IMG/VR virus record: IMGVR_UViG_3300020391_000290 | Location: 1 to 64,000 of that record | Length of the DNA: 64,000 bases | Source of the DNA: a virus | Direction: 5' to 3' (one strand) | In this document: in pieces, positions 27,763 through 37,194 of the stretch | Layout: every line of letters begins with the position of its first letter | Numbering within the stretch: position 1 is the first letter of the stretch | Position numbers and translations under genes: made by a program | The notes under the pieces: generated by a model | Databases searched by the model: none | Told to the model about the DNA's origin: nothing | What the model saw: only the letters and a program-made list of their open reading frames with translations

Positions 27763-29493
27763 TTATTCCGTTTCCGGTGCAGTAGAACCTACAGGACTTT
27801 CTGTACCTGCAGCATCTGCTTGTCCAGCACCGCCTTCTTCTCCGCCTCCAGCATCAGCGCCTTCTTCTCCAACTGGATCCTCAGGTGTAAATTGATCTAA
27901 ATCGGATTGTATTCCGCCAGCAGTAACACCAACACTACGCATACTAGGTAACTCACTTTCTACATTAACATCAGCATTTTCTTCACGCCACATTTTTGTA
28001 TTTTGTAACATTTCTTCTTCACTCATGCCTAAATAACGTTGCATTAAGAAACGTTTACTCATATAAGGGTAGCCTTCTAATGCTTGAAATGTGTTTATTC
28101 TTGCTTGATCCATTTCAGTTTCACGGAAACTACTAAAATTTTGTGGCTCATTAAACCGTAATTCAAATGTGCCGTTGTCTATTTCTACACCACGCCACTT
28201 AAGGTACATTTTAAATTCTCTGTCAAATGTACTTGCTACTAATCTTTGTAATCTAATGCAGTATTCGTTAAATCGTTTTTCTTGTATCATTGCAGTACCG
28301 ACACGACCATCATTATATGCGCCAGGTGATTCTTCAATACCTGTTGGCAAATAACTGCTAGGAATTCTAAGTCCACGAAATAATTTATTTGTAAAAAATT
28401 TTAAATCATCTATTTCGCCTAAATTAGTACCGCCTGGTAGTGTATCAACTTTTGAACCTCTACCTTCTGCAGTCTGTGGAAAAAAGTAATCTTCATTAGT
28501 ACTAAGTGGATTGTAAGTTGTATCCATAATATTAACACCACCACCAGTTTTGCTAGGAATACGTCTTTGATGTATTTCATTCTTAACACGTTCAACAAAA
28601 CTCATTGCCATATGGCTAGGCATATTGCCTACATCAATATAAAAAACACGTCTTTCAGGAGCACGTTGTATACGATAGATAATAATTGCATCTTCTAATA
28701 ATTCTTTTTGCTTGAATACTTTAAAAATTTGTTCTAGTATACTATTTCCAAAAGGCCAATTAGGATCTAATCCTTCTGTTAAACTTGCATGTACTATATG
28801 ATCAGCTTCTACTGCTTTTTCATTCAGAGAACGGTCAAATCTTCCTTGAGCAGTAGCACCTCCACTTCCATCATATATATTACTAGGTTGTATATAACCT
28901 CTATTTTTATATAAATCACCCTGTTTAGTATAATCACTATAGCTAGATGCAGTACCAGTTAAATTTTCAAAGTTAGGATTAATATCCTTTATTACATATT
29001 GTTCAGGCTTTTTGCCTTCGCTTTCATTAACAATAATTTTTGTAACTTTACTCATTTCGGTCCAAAACCATTGGAAAGTTTCTGGATCTCTAATGAATAC
29101 TTGATCGCCGTACTTTAATACATTTCGGAAAATTTTAAATAATCTTTGGTTAAAATCATTTAGACTATTCCAATTAAGTAGTTGTTTTTTAATAATTTCA
29201 ACTTCACTTTCCGTTGGTATTTCCGTAAAATGTATATCAAATCCAGTGCCGTTTTCCTTATTAACCTGCGTACAAAATTCAGCAAGAATATCTAAAGCTG
29301 CGTTTATTTCACTATCAATATCCATAGTCTCATACTGCCCATAACGTTCAGTACGATTAGGATGTCCTATGTAAACTTCTGGTAAATGACTAGCGTAATG
29401 ACTATATTTTGTACCGTCACTACTGCTATTACTGCTCATACTTGTAAGCGGACTTTTATCTTTTACTAATGTGAAATGTTTTTTCCAGCTCAT
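27763..29493 (-). CDS. gp20: Portal vertex protein (gp20)
   Basis: LLEDAIIIYRIQRAPERRVFYIDVGNMP, EDYFFP, TLPGGTNLGEIDD and LRIPSSYL. Confidence 0.96.
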   Translation of the reverse strand: MSWKKHFTLVKDKSPLTSMSSNSSSDGTKYSHYASHLPEVYIGHPNRTERYGQYETMDIDSEINAALDILAEFCTQVNKENGTGFDIHFTEIPTESEVEIIKKQLLNWNSLNDFNQRLFKIFRNVLKYGDQVFIRDPETFQWFWTEMSKVTKIIVNESEGKKPEQYVIKDINPNFENLTGTASSYSDYTKQGDLYKNRGYIQPSNIYDGSGGATAQGRFDRSLNEKAVEADHIVHASLTEGLDPNWPFGNSILEQIFKVFKQKELLEDAIIIYRIQRAPERRVFYIDVGNMPSHMAMSFVERVKNEIHQRRIPSKTGGGVNIMDTTYNPLSTNEDYFFPQTAEGRGSKVDTLPGGTNLGEIDDLKFFTNKLFRGLRIPSSYLPTGIEESPGAYNDGRVGTAMIQEKRFNEYCIRLQRLVASTFDREFKMYLKWRGVEIDNGTFELRFNEPQNFSSFRETEMDQARINTFQALEGYPYMSKRFLMQRYLGMSEEEMLQNTKMWREENADVNVESELPSMRSVGVTAGGIQSDLDQFTPEDPVGEEGADAGGGEEGGAGQADAAGTESPVGSTAPETE

Positions 29494-29532
29494 AATTTAT
29501 TATACTACCTTATTGTGTATTTACCTAAATGA

Positions 29533-31422
29533 TTATTGCATATATTGCTTTATAGTGTCTATAAGGCTACCACTACCTCGTTTAGTAGCCGCTATAAGTT
29601 CATCTAGTTTGTTCATTAGTGCTTGATTACGTTGATCTAAAATGTTCGTTGGTTGATTATTTGTAGTAACTAAATTGTTTGCAGGATTTCCAGGTGAATT
29701 AGCCTGATTATCAGCCGGGGGTGCAAAGTCACTAAATTGTGAATCGAGCTCTGAATTGTACCCACCTACTCTAGTCTGCCCTGGAGTTATACCTAAAGTT
29801 CTAGCAAAAGTAATTACACCTGTATTTAAACCACTTGTAATATCTGAAATAAACGACACAATACCATTACTATTCCTAAGCATTTCTGTTGTTAATTTAC
29901 TTAATGACATTCCAAGTTTTCTATTTTCATCTTGCAAGCCTATTAATGCTTTAGTGGCAGCATTTTGTCCAGTTTGTAGTTTTTTAAAATCATCTACAAC
30001 ATCATTTACAGTTTGATTAATACTTTTTGCCATTACTTGCTGACTCATTAAAAAACTATTCTCTGTAACCTTAACAAATTCATTGGTGGTAAATCTGCCA
30101 GTCGTTGCAATTAAATCTGCATTATTTAAAAAATCTTGTTGAATAGCTCTATTGTTATCGGCAAATCTTTTGAATGCCATTGCAGTGCCTTCGGAGTCAC
30201 CTCCTGCTTTTATGCCTTTAACAGTATCTACTATTCCTTGAGTTAGGGTCGGTAAACTAGCACTAAGCATCGCAGCATCTTTACTTGTTATATTACCAAA
30301 TGTTGTTATGTCTAGTATCGTACTTCTCATTTCAGGAAACGCACTAATTAAACGTTCAATCTCTTGTCGTTGTTGTGGGCCTAATCTAGCTAAAGCAGCC
30401 TGTACTTGTGCATCTTTACGTTGAGCACGTTCAGCTTGTTTTTGTTGTTCTATACTTCTACCTGTTAGTACTGCAACAGTTTTTTGTTGTCTTACTTGGT
30501 TTGCTGTTGCTTCAGCAAGTGCTTGTGTTTGAATTGCAGTATTATCTATCGCTATACCGGACATAGCAAAATTCTGCATAATTTCAGCAGTAGCCTGACC
30601 TAAATCTTCGAAACTAAAACCTAATGTTCTTAATTCTACGCCGTGTAGTCGATTAAGTGCCATATTTGCACGAGCAAATTCTCTTGCACCTCTGTTTGTT
30701 TGTCCACCAAAACTAGCCATTGCTTCGCCATTTTGTTTGAATATATTAGTAAATTCTGCCATTGTTAAATTTGCATTGTGTGCATTATTTCTAAAATCTA
30801 CTAAACTACCACCTAACAATGCACCACTTTTTTGTACTTCTAAAAATGAACCACTGGCTGCATTTAGTTTTTCAAATAAAAATCCTGCGACTGCTCCTGC
30901 TATAGGCACTGCAGCTTCAGTCAATGCACCACCTGCCAATCCTAAAGCAGCACCTAGCGATTTGCTAAATCCTGCCATATCAGCAATAGCAGTGCCTAAC
31001 AGACCACCTACTGCGGCACTAACAAGTTTACTTCCTGTTGCGAGTTTTGTAAATGTTTCTGTAACAGTTTGTGCAAGTGCAAATGGTTTACTTTGTAAGT
31101 CACTAAAACTACTAGATAGTGCACCTGCAGATCTTCTTAAATCTCTACTAAAAATAGCACTTGCAGTATTTGCACTATTCAATCCTGCGGCTAATGTTTG
31201 ACCGCCTTGCTTTGTTTGGTCTGCAGTCTTATCAACTGTTCTTCCAAATCCAAAAATACCACCGGTTGCAGCTTTAGAAGCGGCTGCTAAATCCCGTTGA
31301 GCATCAGCACTGTTAATATTATCAGCTGATGCAAGTACCGCAAGTATACGTTGCATAGTCTGCTCTTCAGCAAATCCATCTGCAAATACTTCGCCTATGC
31401 CCGGAACATTAATTTGTGGCAA
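29533..31422 (-). CDS. Tail tape measure-like protein (probable TTG start at 31422)
   Basis: Helical A/G/Q-rich protein with hydrophobic segments; GGAGA SD before TTG; late promoter at 31473-31466. Confidence 0.7.
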   Translation of the reverse strand: MPQINVPGIGEVFADGFAEEQTMQRILAVLASADNINSADAQRDLAAASKAATGGIFGFGRTVDKTADQTKQGGQTLAAGLNSANTASAIFSRDLRRSAGALSSSFSDLQSKPFALAQTVTETFTKLATGSKLVSAAVGGLLGTAIADMAGFSKSLGAALGLAGGALTEAAVPIAGAVAGFLFEKLNAASGSFLEVQKSGALLGGSLVDFRNNAHNANLTMAEFTNIFKQNGEAMASFGGQTNRGAREFARANMALNRLHGVELRTLGFSFEDLGQATAEIMQNFAMSGIAIDNTAIQTQALAEATANQVRQQKTVAVLTGRSIEQQKQAERAQRKDAQVQAALARLGPQQRQEIERLISAFPEMRSTILDITTFGNITSKDAAMLSASLPTLTQGIVDTVKGIKAGGDSEGTAMAFKRFADNNRAIQQDFLNNADLIATTGRFTTNEFVKVTENSFLMSQQVMAKSINQTVNDVVDDFKKLQTGQNAATKALIGLQDENRKLGMSLSKLTTEMLRNSNGIVSFISDITSGLNTGVITFARTLGITPGQTRVGGYNSELDSQFSDFAPPADNQANSPGNPANNLVTTNNQPTNILDQRNQALMNKLDELIAATKRGSGSLIDTIKQYMQ

Positions 31423-31446
31423 GAAAAAATCTCCAATTATATGCGT

Positions 31447-31474
31447 ATATAAATACACATGTACATATTTATAT
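31447..31474. promoter_or_regulatory. Crossed pair of TATAAATA late promoters forming an inverted repeat
   Basis: ATATAAATA-CACATGTACA-TATTTATAT; canonical T4 gp55 consensus on both strands. Confidence 0.75.
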
Positions 31475-31495
31475 TGTATTTACCTGGAGAAAAAC

Positions 31496-32389
31496 ATGGT
31501 CGACGTACCTAAGAATTATTCAATGAGTCCGGAACAGATTGCACAAGCACAACAGAATCCGTTGCAAAAGTTTATGAGACAAGCATCAATTTATATTAAA
31601 TTACCTAGTCAAGGACAGTATTATCCACCCGGTACATTAGATTTGCCTGAAGCTAAAGAAATACCAGTGCTTCCGATGAGTACCAGAGACGAAATAACTG
31701 TTAATACTCCTGACGCACTTATGAATGGACAAGGCGTAGTAGACATGATACAAAGTTGTTGTCCTAATATTAAAAATGCATGGTTGGTGCCATTAGTAGA
31801 CTTAGATACAATATTGATAGGAATAAGAATTGCTAGTTACGGCGAAAAAATGGAATATACAAGTACTTGTCCAAAATGCGAAAACGCAGACAATTATGAA
31901 ATAGATCTTAGACAATTTATGGATATGCCTGTGGACATAAACGTTTACTCGCAACCTTTTGAATATAAAGGCATGCAAGTATTTGTACAACCTATAAGTT
32001 ATGATACTCTAAATAAACAAAATTTAGAAAATTTCGAGCAACAACGACTAATTACAATGATAAACGATGCAGAACTAAGTGCTGAAGAGAAGCAACGTAG
32101 ATTTGCGGAGATTTTTCAAACTATGACTAGTTACACTCTTGCAAATATTGTAGGTAGTATTAGTAAAATAGTAACTCCGGATGGTGTAGTAGTAGCAAAT
32201 GAGTCTCATATAAACGACTATGTAAGAAATTCAGAAAGACAGTTTTACGAAGCTCTTAAAAATTATTTAGAAGGAATAACTAAAGCAATTCCAGAGAAAA
32301 ATGTTTCTATAAAATGTGCAGAATGCTCTAACGATTATACAACTCCTTTTACGTTTGATCAATCAAATTTTTTCGCATTCGCCTCTTAG
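31496..32389 (+). CDS. Baseplate hub/tail assembly chaperone (T4 gp26-like); start at ATG 31496
   Basis: IKLPSQGQYY, PMSTRDE, DLDTILIGIRIASYGE, two CxxC pairs; GGAGA SD. Confidence 0.8.
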   Translation: MVDVPKNYSMSPEQIAQAQQNPLQKFMRQASIYIKLPSQGQYYPPGTLDLPEAKEIPVLPMSTRDEITVNTPDALMNGQGVVDMIQSCCPNIKNAWLVPLVDLDTILIGIRIASYGEKMEYTSTCPKCENADNYEIDLRQFMDMPVDINVYSQPFEYKGMQVFVQPISYDTLNKQNLENFEQQRLITMINDAELSAEEKQRRFAEIFQTMTSYTLANIVGSISKIVTPDGVVVANESHINDYVRNSERQFYEALKNYLEGITKAIPEKNVSIKCAECSNDYTTPFTFDQSNFFAFAS

Positions 32390-32604
32390 CATTATCTAAT
32401 CCTGAGATTGAGAGGCTTTTACAAGGATACGAAAAAACAGTGAACGAACTGCGTCTTAACATGACTAAGATTGCTTGGTTTATGAGAGGAGGAGTGACTA
32501 TGTCCGAACTTCTAGACATGCCACAATCTGAATACAAACACTTTAACACAGTTATTCAAGAAAATTTAGAACTTAGTAAAGCTGCGAAACAAGTAATAGT
32601 TTAG
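32368..32604 (+). CDS. gp51/GT-like extension in the -1 frame of the gp26-like gene (not in ORF track)
   Basis: Open -1 frame FFRIRLLALSNPEIERLL...IAWFMRGGVTMSELLDMP...KQVIV* starting at the slippery T TTT TTC. Confidence 0.7.
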   Translation, partial: FFRIRLLALSNPEIERLLQGYEKTVNELRLNMTKIAWFMRGGVTMSELLDMPQSEYKHFNTVIQENLELSKAAKQVIV

Positions 32605-32975
32605 GAATGAACTACGTTCATTCGTTCTTTTCACTTCGTTCAATCACTTTTTTTGAGTGAAACGAAACAGCTATCATCTCGAAGTTAAGCTCATACTTCA
32701 CCCGTTGCCGGGTGTAGTAATAAATGAAATCGCCATCATCTGCGTGTATCACTCATCTGTTATAAGAAGATTACATTTCTGTACGGAGGCGGAAACCCGT
32801 GGACCCCCTACTTCAGCCTTCACTGATAGTCTCGGAACCTTAACGCATCATAACAGCAATGCGTTTCTAGTTGAGGTTGTATCTTTTCACAGAGCCTCAT
32901 CTTTTGTGCCTAAAGTTGGTTTTACTCGTGTTAACGACGGTTTAATGCGTAGACCGTAAACGCCAAATTTTTATT
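32605..32975 (-). ncRNA. Candidate large structured RNA (pseudoknot, GNRA hairpins)
   Basis: GC-rich, multiple stems, GCAA and GAAA tetraloops, 9-bp loop pairing with G-U valid on the minus strand. Confidence 0.55.
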
Positions 32976-32988
32976 ATTGTAACACTAT

Positions 32989-33411
32989 CTAGCCATTTAA
33001 TTGTTTATTGATTATGCCCTTTTGGTGTACTCTTACTCTAATGTGCCCGTTGTACCAGTCATCTGATTCTAGTACTTTATATCTAAATTGTTCTCTTGCT
33101 TCTACGTACGATAGTTCTGCTTTACTAGAACAGAAATATAATATCTTACGTTTGAATTTATCTTTGCCTAATGTTTCGACGTCTTCTGCTAATTCGTCTG
33201 ATGAGCCATAGTAGTCACGCCAATCACTTTCTACTAATGAACGACGTTTATTTTTTCTGCCTTTAAGGGGAGGTTTAGTTTTTTTAAACTGTGCCAGTTT
33301 TTTGCCAATGTATTTTCTATTGTTTGTTGTGTTTGTAATTAGATATACAAACCCAATTATTCCTTCTGGTATTTCTTTGACTATTTTGTTCTTGTAATAC
33401 CAGTTTTCCAT
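32989..33411 (-). CDS. Minimal GIY-YIG endonuclease (start at ATG 33411)
   Basis: GFVYLITNTTNNRKYIGKK, WRDYYGSS, conserved E (YVEAREQ) and WYN; 140 aa. Confidence 0.85.
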   Translation of the reverse strand: MENWYYKNKIVKEIPEGIIGFVYLITNTTNNRKYIGKKLAQFKKTKPPLKGRKNKRRSLVESDWRDYYGSSDELAEDVETLGKDKFKRKILYFCSSKAELSYVEAREQFRYKVLESDDWYNGHIRVRVHQKGIINKQLNG

Positions 33412-33433
33412 GTTATATTGTATATATCTTTTA

Positions 33434-33607
33434 TTACATACTATTCTTTTTTTCTTGAATCTCGGCACGTCTTGCCTTAGCGAGTTTTTGTATTTCACCT
33501 AATGCTTTTCTTGCTCTTGCGGCTGCGGCTTTAATTCCTTTAGTTTCAAATGCTTCTGATTCTTTTAAGTATGCTTCGTATGCAGTAATTATTTGTTCGT
33601 GTGACAT
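33434..33607 (-). CDS. Small basic histone H1-like (Hc1-type) DNA-binding protein (not in ORF track)
   Basis: 57 aa MSHEQIITAYEAYLKESEAFETKGIKAAAARARKALGEIQKLAKARRAEIQEKKNSM; AAGGAG SD. Confidence 0.75.
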   Translation of the reverse strand: MSHEQIITAYEAYLKESEAFETKGIKAAAARARKALGEIQKLAKARRAEIQEKKNSM

Positions 33608-33617
33608 TGTAGTCTCC

Positions 33618-34649
33618 TTACCATTCTGTTACATGATGCTTATCATGTAGTTTTGCTTTTATACATTTTGTTTTGCACTCTATGTTGTCAAATTTTTTAA
33701 ATTCATTATTCCAAAAACTATCTTTTATTATATTATCGATTGTAGTATTATGCAAATTAAATTTTGTTTGTGCTAAAGAAATCATATTTTTATTATGTGG
33801 ATACCTATTAGCAGTCCAACAACAAGGATAAAATTCTCCTGTGGCTTTTAAGAATACTCCTTTATTACCTATGTAACAAAGTGCAGGGTATTCATTATTC
33901 TTATTTAATTCTAAAGCACGTTCTAAGAATATTTTTTTAAGATCTTCGCCGGGTCTAGTTTTAGTGCTAATTTTATATTGTTGTCTTTCAAATCTATGAC
34001 CTTTAGCAATAAGAAATTTATTTGTAGGTTCTAACAAATCGTTGTTGCTATATGCATCTGGGTAAGTACTTCCAAATTTTGTACTTTTAGTAAGTTGCCA
34101 ACAATCAAAATTGTTATTAATTGCAATATTGTTAATATCTTGTAAATTATTTTCGTTAAATCTAAATGCTATAGTGGCTACTACAGTATATGTTATTTTA
34201 TTATGTTCTCGGAAAGTTACTATACCTAGCATAATACTTTTCCAATCGCAGTTTACACGATATTTACTGTTACTTTCCTGATCCCACCCATCTAAACTCC
34301 AGTGTACTTCGTCATGTTCATTTAGTAACATTGCTAATTTTTGCCACCAATCCGCTTTTTTGTAACTACCATTGGTAATTATTAGCAGTTGCAATTGAGG
34401 ATTAATTTCTTTTATCCAATGTACAATTTGTAAAAAATCTTTTGCATATATTGGATCACCGTCATCGCCACAAAAACTAATTTTACGTATCTTTTTTATA
34501 TGCGATTCGCCTATCTGTGTACGGAAAAAATCTAATGTAAGTTGGCGATTAAGGAGTGTTTCTGGCATTTCGACTCTGGTGCATCTAGGACATTTTAATG
34601 TACATATGCTACTTACTTCTATATGCCAATGGTCTAATGCTAGTTTCAT
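33618..34649 (-). CDS. Radical SAM protein with C-terminal SPASM/Twitch-like Cys
   Basis: CTLKCPRC motif, FCGDDGDP, ITNGS, SLDG, FYPCCW...CKTKC. Confidence 0.88.
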   Translation of the reverse strand: MKLALDHWHIEVSSICTLKCPRCTRVEMPETLLNRQLTLDFFRTQIGESHIKKIRKISFCGDDGDPIYAKDFLQIVHWIKEINPQLQLLIITNGSYKKADWWQKLAMLLNEHDEVHWSLDGWDQESNSKYRVNCDWKSIMLGIVTFREHNKITYTVVATIAFRFNENNLQDINNIAINNNFDCWQLTKSTKFGSTYPDAYSNNDLLEPTNKFLIAKGHRFERQQYKISTKTRPGEDLKKIFLERALELNKNNEYPALCYIGNKGVFLKATGEFYPCCWTANRYPHNKNMISLAQTKFNLHNTTIDNIIKDSFWNNEFKKFDNIECKTKCIKAKLHDKHHVTEW

Positions 34650-36409
34650 GCAATTTCTACATCCGTATCGTAACTTGTAAAGCCGTTTTCTTTTACTACT
34701 TTTAAAACATTATTTACACGCCCGATGAGCTCATCTTTATGCGAAACTAACCAAACACTTTTATTACGTTCTCTGCTCATACGTTTTAGTACTGCCATAC
34801 TATTCTCCACACCAGAACTATCCATACCACTATCAACTAATTCGTCTATAAACAGTAAATTAATTGGCTGATATAAACTTTCCCAAACATCACGAAATGC
34901 CCAACTTAAACTTAGTATTAGTCTATTTCGTTCACCTCTACTTAAATTATCAAAGTCCAAATCTCTGCCTAGTTCTTGTATTTCCACAGTCAAGTCGTTC
35001 TGAAATACTACAGTATGTGGTAGTCCAATTGCATTTAAATATTGATCTAGTCTTGTATTTAAGTATGCTAAGTTCTGATCTATAATCCTTTTACGTATAA
35101 AGCTATCTTTATTTGTAAGTAGTTTTAATAAAAATTCTTGATGTTGTTGTGTCCTAGTAAGTTCATTTATACTATCCCAAGTTATTTCTTGTACTGCAGT
35201 AGTTTCCATATCTGCAATTTGATCAGTATAAGGATCATTTTCATCTTGTTTATTTTGTAATTGAAATTCTAGTGTTGATAAACTTGAACGATGATTGTGT
35301 GCATCATTAACACTATCATAAAAAGTACGCGGTTTATTTGGAACTGTTTGTTTTTGTTGATCTAGTTCTTCAATGCCTTGTTGTAATTCTGTAAGAAATG
35401 TATTAGCATCTTTGTACTCTTTGTCTGCTTTTATAATTTGTTCTTTGTGTGTTTCTAAATGTGCAACACTTTGTCCGCAACTACTACAAGTTCCTTCGTT
35501 TATATCGTCTAATGCCTTTTTAGTACGTTTAGCGTCACGTTCTGCTCTGCTTATTTGTGCCTGTAGTGAGGATGTGTCTTTAGTTAACTGTATTTGTGCA
35601 TTGTTAAGTGTATGCCAATCATTTAATTCTGTATGTGTTCTTAGTTCTAAATTAATATCTACGTGTGCTAAATCTTCTATTGCAGTTTTTAGTTTTGTGA
35701 TATCGTCTTCTTTTTTCTTTTGCCAAAGTGTTTGTCTACGCTTTAGGGCTTGAACTTGTTCTACTATTTTACCGTTTGCATCTTCTACTGCTTTTATACG
35801 AAACTGTTCTTCTTGTATCTTGTTCTTAGTAACACGTACCATTTCTTTTAAGTTTTCTGCTTTTTCACTAAGAATAGTTATGCCTAGTAATTGTTCTATA
35901 ATCGCTCTTTGATCATTTTGTCGCATACTTAAAAAAGGCTCACTGTAAGTATTTAGAGCCAATACATGTTTAAACATTGCATGACTCATACCTAACAGTA
36001 GCTCTATTGCTTTTTGTGTTTCTCTACTATCACCTTGAGCATAGTCATTTGCTTCTTGTTCGTTATTGTTTATGTAAAATTTTAAAACATTGCTTTTACG
36101 ACCTCGTTCTATACGATACTGCAAACCATCTTTTTCAAATTCTACAGTAACTAACATATTTTTACCGTTAGTCTTGTTTATTAAATTATCTTTACGAATG
36201 TTTGTAAGTGCATCACCATATAATGCATAACTTAGTGCATTTATGATTGTAGTTTTGCCTGTACCATTTCTAGCACCTGCATCTCCTCCACCTGTATCTA
36301 AGTTTTCACCTAGCACAAGCGTTAAGTCATTTCGATTAAAGTCTATGGCTTGTGTAGTATTACCTACACTCATAAAGTTTTTTACTGTAAGAGTATTGAG
36401 TTTAAACAA
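34646..36409 (-). CDS. gp46: Recombination ATPase subunit (gp46/SbcC/Rad50)
   Basis: Walker A NGTGKTT, CSSC zinc hook, LSRGE signature, FIDE Walker B and VSH. Confidence 0.95.
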   Translation of the reverse strand: MFKLNTLTVKNFMSVGNTTQAIDFNRNDLTLVLGENLDTGGGDAGARNGTGKTTIINALSYALYGDALTNIRKDNLINKTNGKNMLVTVEFEKDGLQYRIERGRKSNVLKFYINNNEQEANDYAQGDSRETQKAIELLLGMSHAMFKHVLALNTYSEPFLSMRQNDQRAIIEQLLGITILSEKAENLKEMVRVTKNKIQEEQFRIKAVEDANGKIVEQVQALKRRQTLWQKKKEDDITKLKTAIEDLAHVDINLELRTHTELNDWHTLNNAQIQLTKDTSSLQAQISRAERDAKRTKKALDDINEGTCSSCGQSVAHLETHKEQIIKADKEYKDANTFLTELQQGIEELDQQKQTVPNKPRTFYDSVNDAHNHRSSLSTLEFQLQNKQDENDPYTDQIADMETTAVQEITWDSINELTRTQQHQEFLLKLLTNKDSFIRKRIIDQNLAYLNTRLDQYLNAIGLPHTVVFQNDLTVEIQELGRDLDFDNLSRGERNRLILSLSWAFRDVWESLYQPINLLFIDELVDSGMDSSGVENSMAVLKRMSRERNKSVWLVSHKDELIGRVNNVLKVVKENGFTSYDTDVEIA

Positions 36410-37194
36410 TTTCTAACATCCTGTGTGTTTTTAAACCAATCCTTGTAATCATAAGGAGGTATTTCTTTAATATTATACTGTCTTTCTAACCAATAAATCA
36501 AATATCCTTGGTCATGCAAAGAATAATGTGTATCAAACTCAAAATTTATATTATTGTTCAAAGCATGTTTTACTAAATTTACTAAATCTTGTGCCTGATA
36601 ATATTTGTAGTTGACTTTTTTAAATTGTTCGTGTAAATGTTTGAACTTATGTAAATCGCACTGTCCAAAGTGAGGTTCAAGACTATCTATAATTTGTTTT
36701 TGATTAAAAAATAAATCACTAATATTTAAATTTAAAACATCATCTACTGGTTGCCAAGTATTAAGATAGAAATCTGCGTGTTTGTCACTATGATGATAGG
36801 TAAGACTAAAATTTTCACGTATTTCATAATCTTCTAAATCGAAACTAAATTTTGAACGTTCTGCTTTTTCTTTACAAGTTTGATATACAATACTTTTTGC
36901 ATTGTTGTCTATACACATTCGTATAGTGTTAGGCATTCCACGATCTATATAATCATCTATTCCACTATCTATCAAACAAATACTTTTTTTGCCTTCAAAG
37001 TTATAATAATTCTTTTTAATGTAAGGTCGATTATGTAACCATGTTTTCCAGTGTAAAGGATAATCATGGCTATTACCGTTTTTACTAAATGTACTATTTT
37101 CTTGTGGACAATATGCATCTTCGAAACATGTACTAATCATCTGTAACATATAATGCCCAAATCCACCACTTGGGTAGTGTATATAATATATCAT
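36382..37194 (-). CDS. Hypothetical protein (possible sulfotransferase/P-loop-like fold)
   Basis: N-terminal IHYPSGGFGHY glycine loop; inserted between gp47 and gp46. Confidence 0.45.
   Translation of the reverse strand: MIYYIHYPSGGFGHYMLQMISTCFEDAYCPQENSTFSKNGNSHDYPLHWKTWLHNRPYIKKNYYNFEGKKSICLIDSGIDDYIDRGMPNTIRMCIDNNAKSIVYQTCKEKAERSKFSFDLEDYEIRENFSLTYHHSDKHADFYLNTWQPVDDVLNLNISDLFFNQKQIIDSLEPHFGQCDLHKFKHLHEQFKKVNYKYYQAQDLVNLVKHALNNNINFEFDTHYSLHDQGYLIYWLERQYNIKEIPPYDYKDWFKNTQDVRNCLNSILLQ

Noticed and set aside
31397-31458. Overlapping N-terminal extensions of the two divergent ORFs in the track
   Set aside because: SD and promoter positions support starts at 31496 (+) and 31422 (-)
32660-32840. 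Group I intron (GUUCCGAGACUA resembles the R element) or RNase P RNA
   Set aside because: No matching UAGUC P7 partner, no interrupted host gene, and no RNase P GAGGAAAGUCC core; not supportable by eye
32657-32959. 100-aa plus-strand ORF in the track
   Set aside because: GTG start without an SD, atypical composition, and it overlies the dense RNA-like structure; probably spurious
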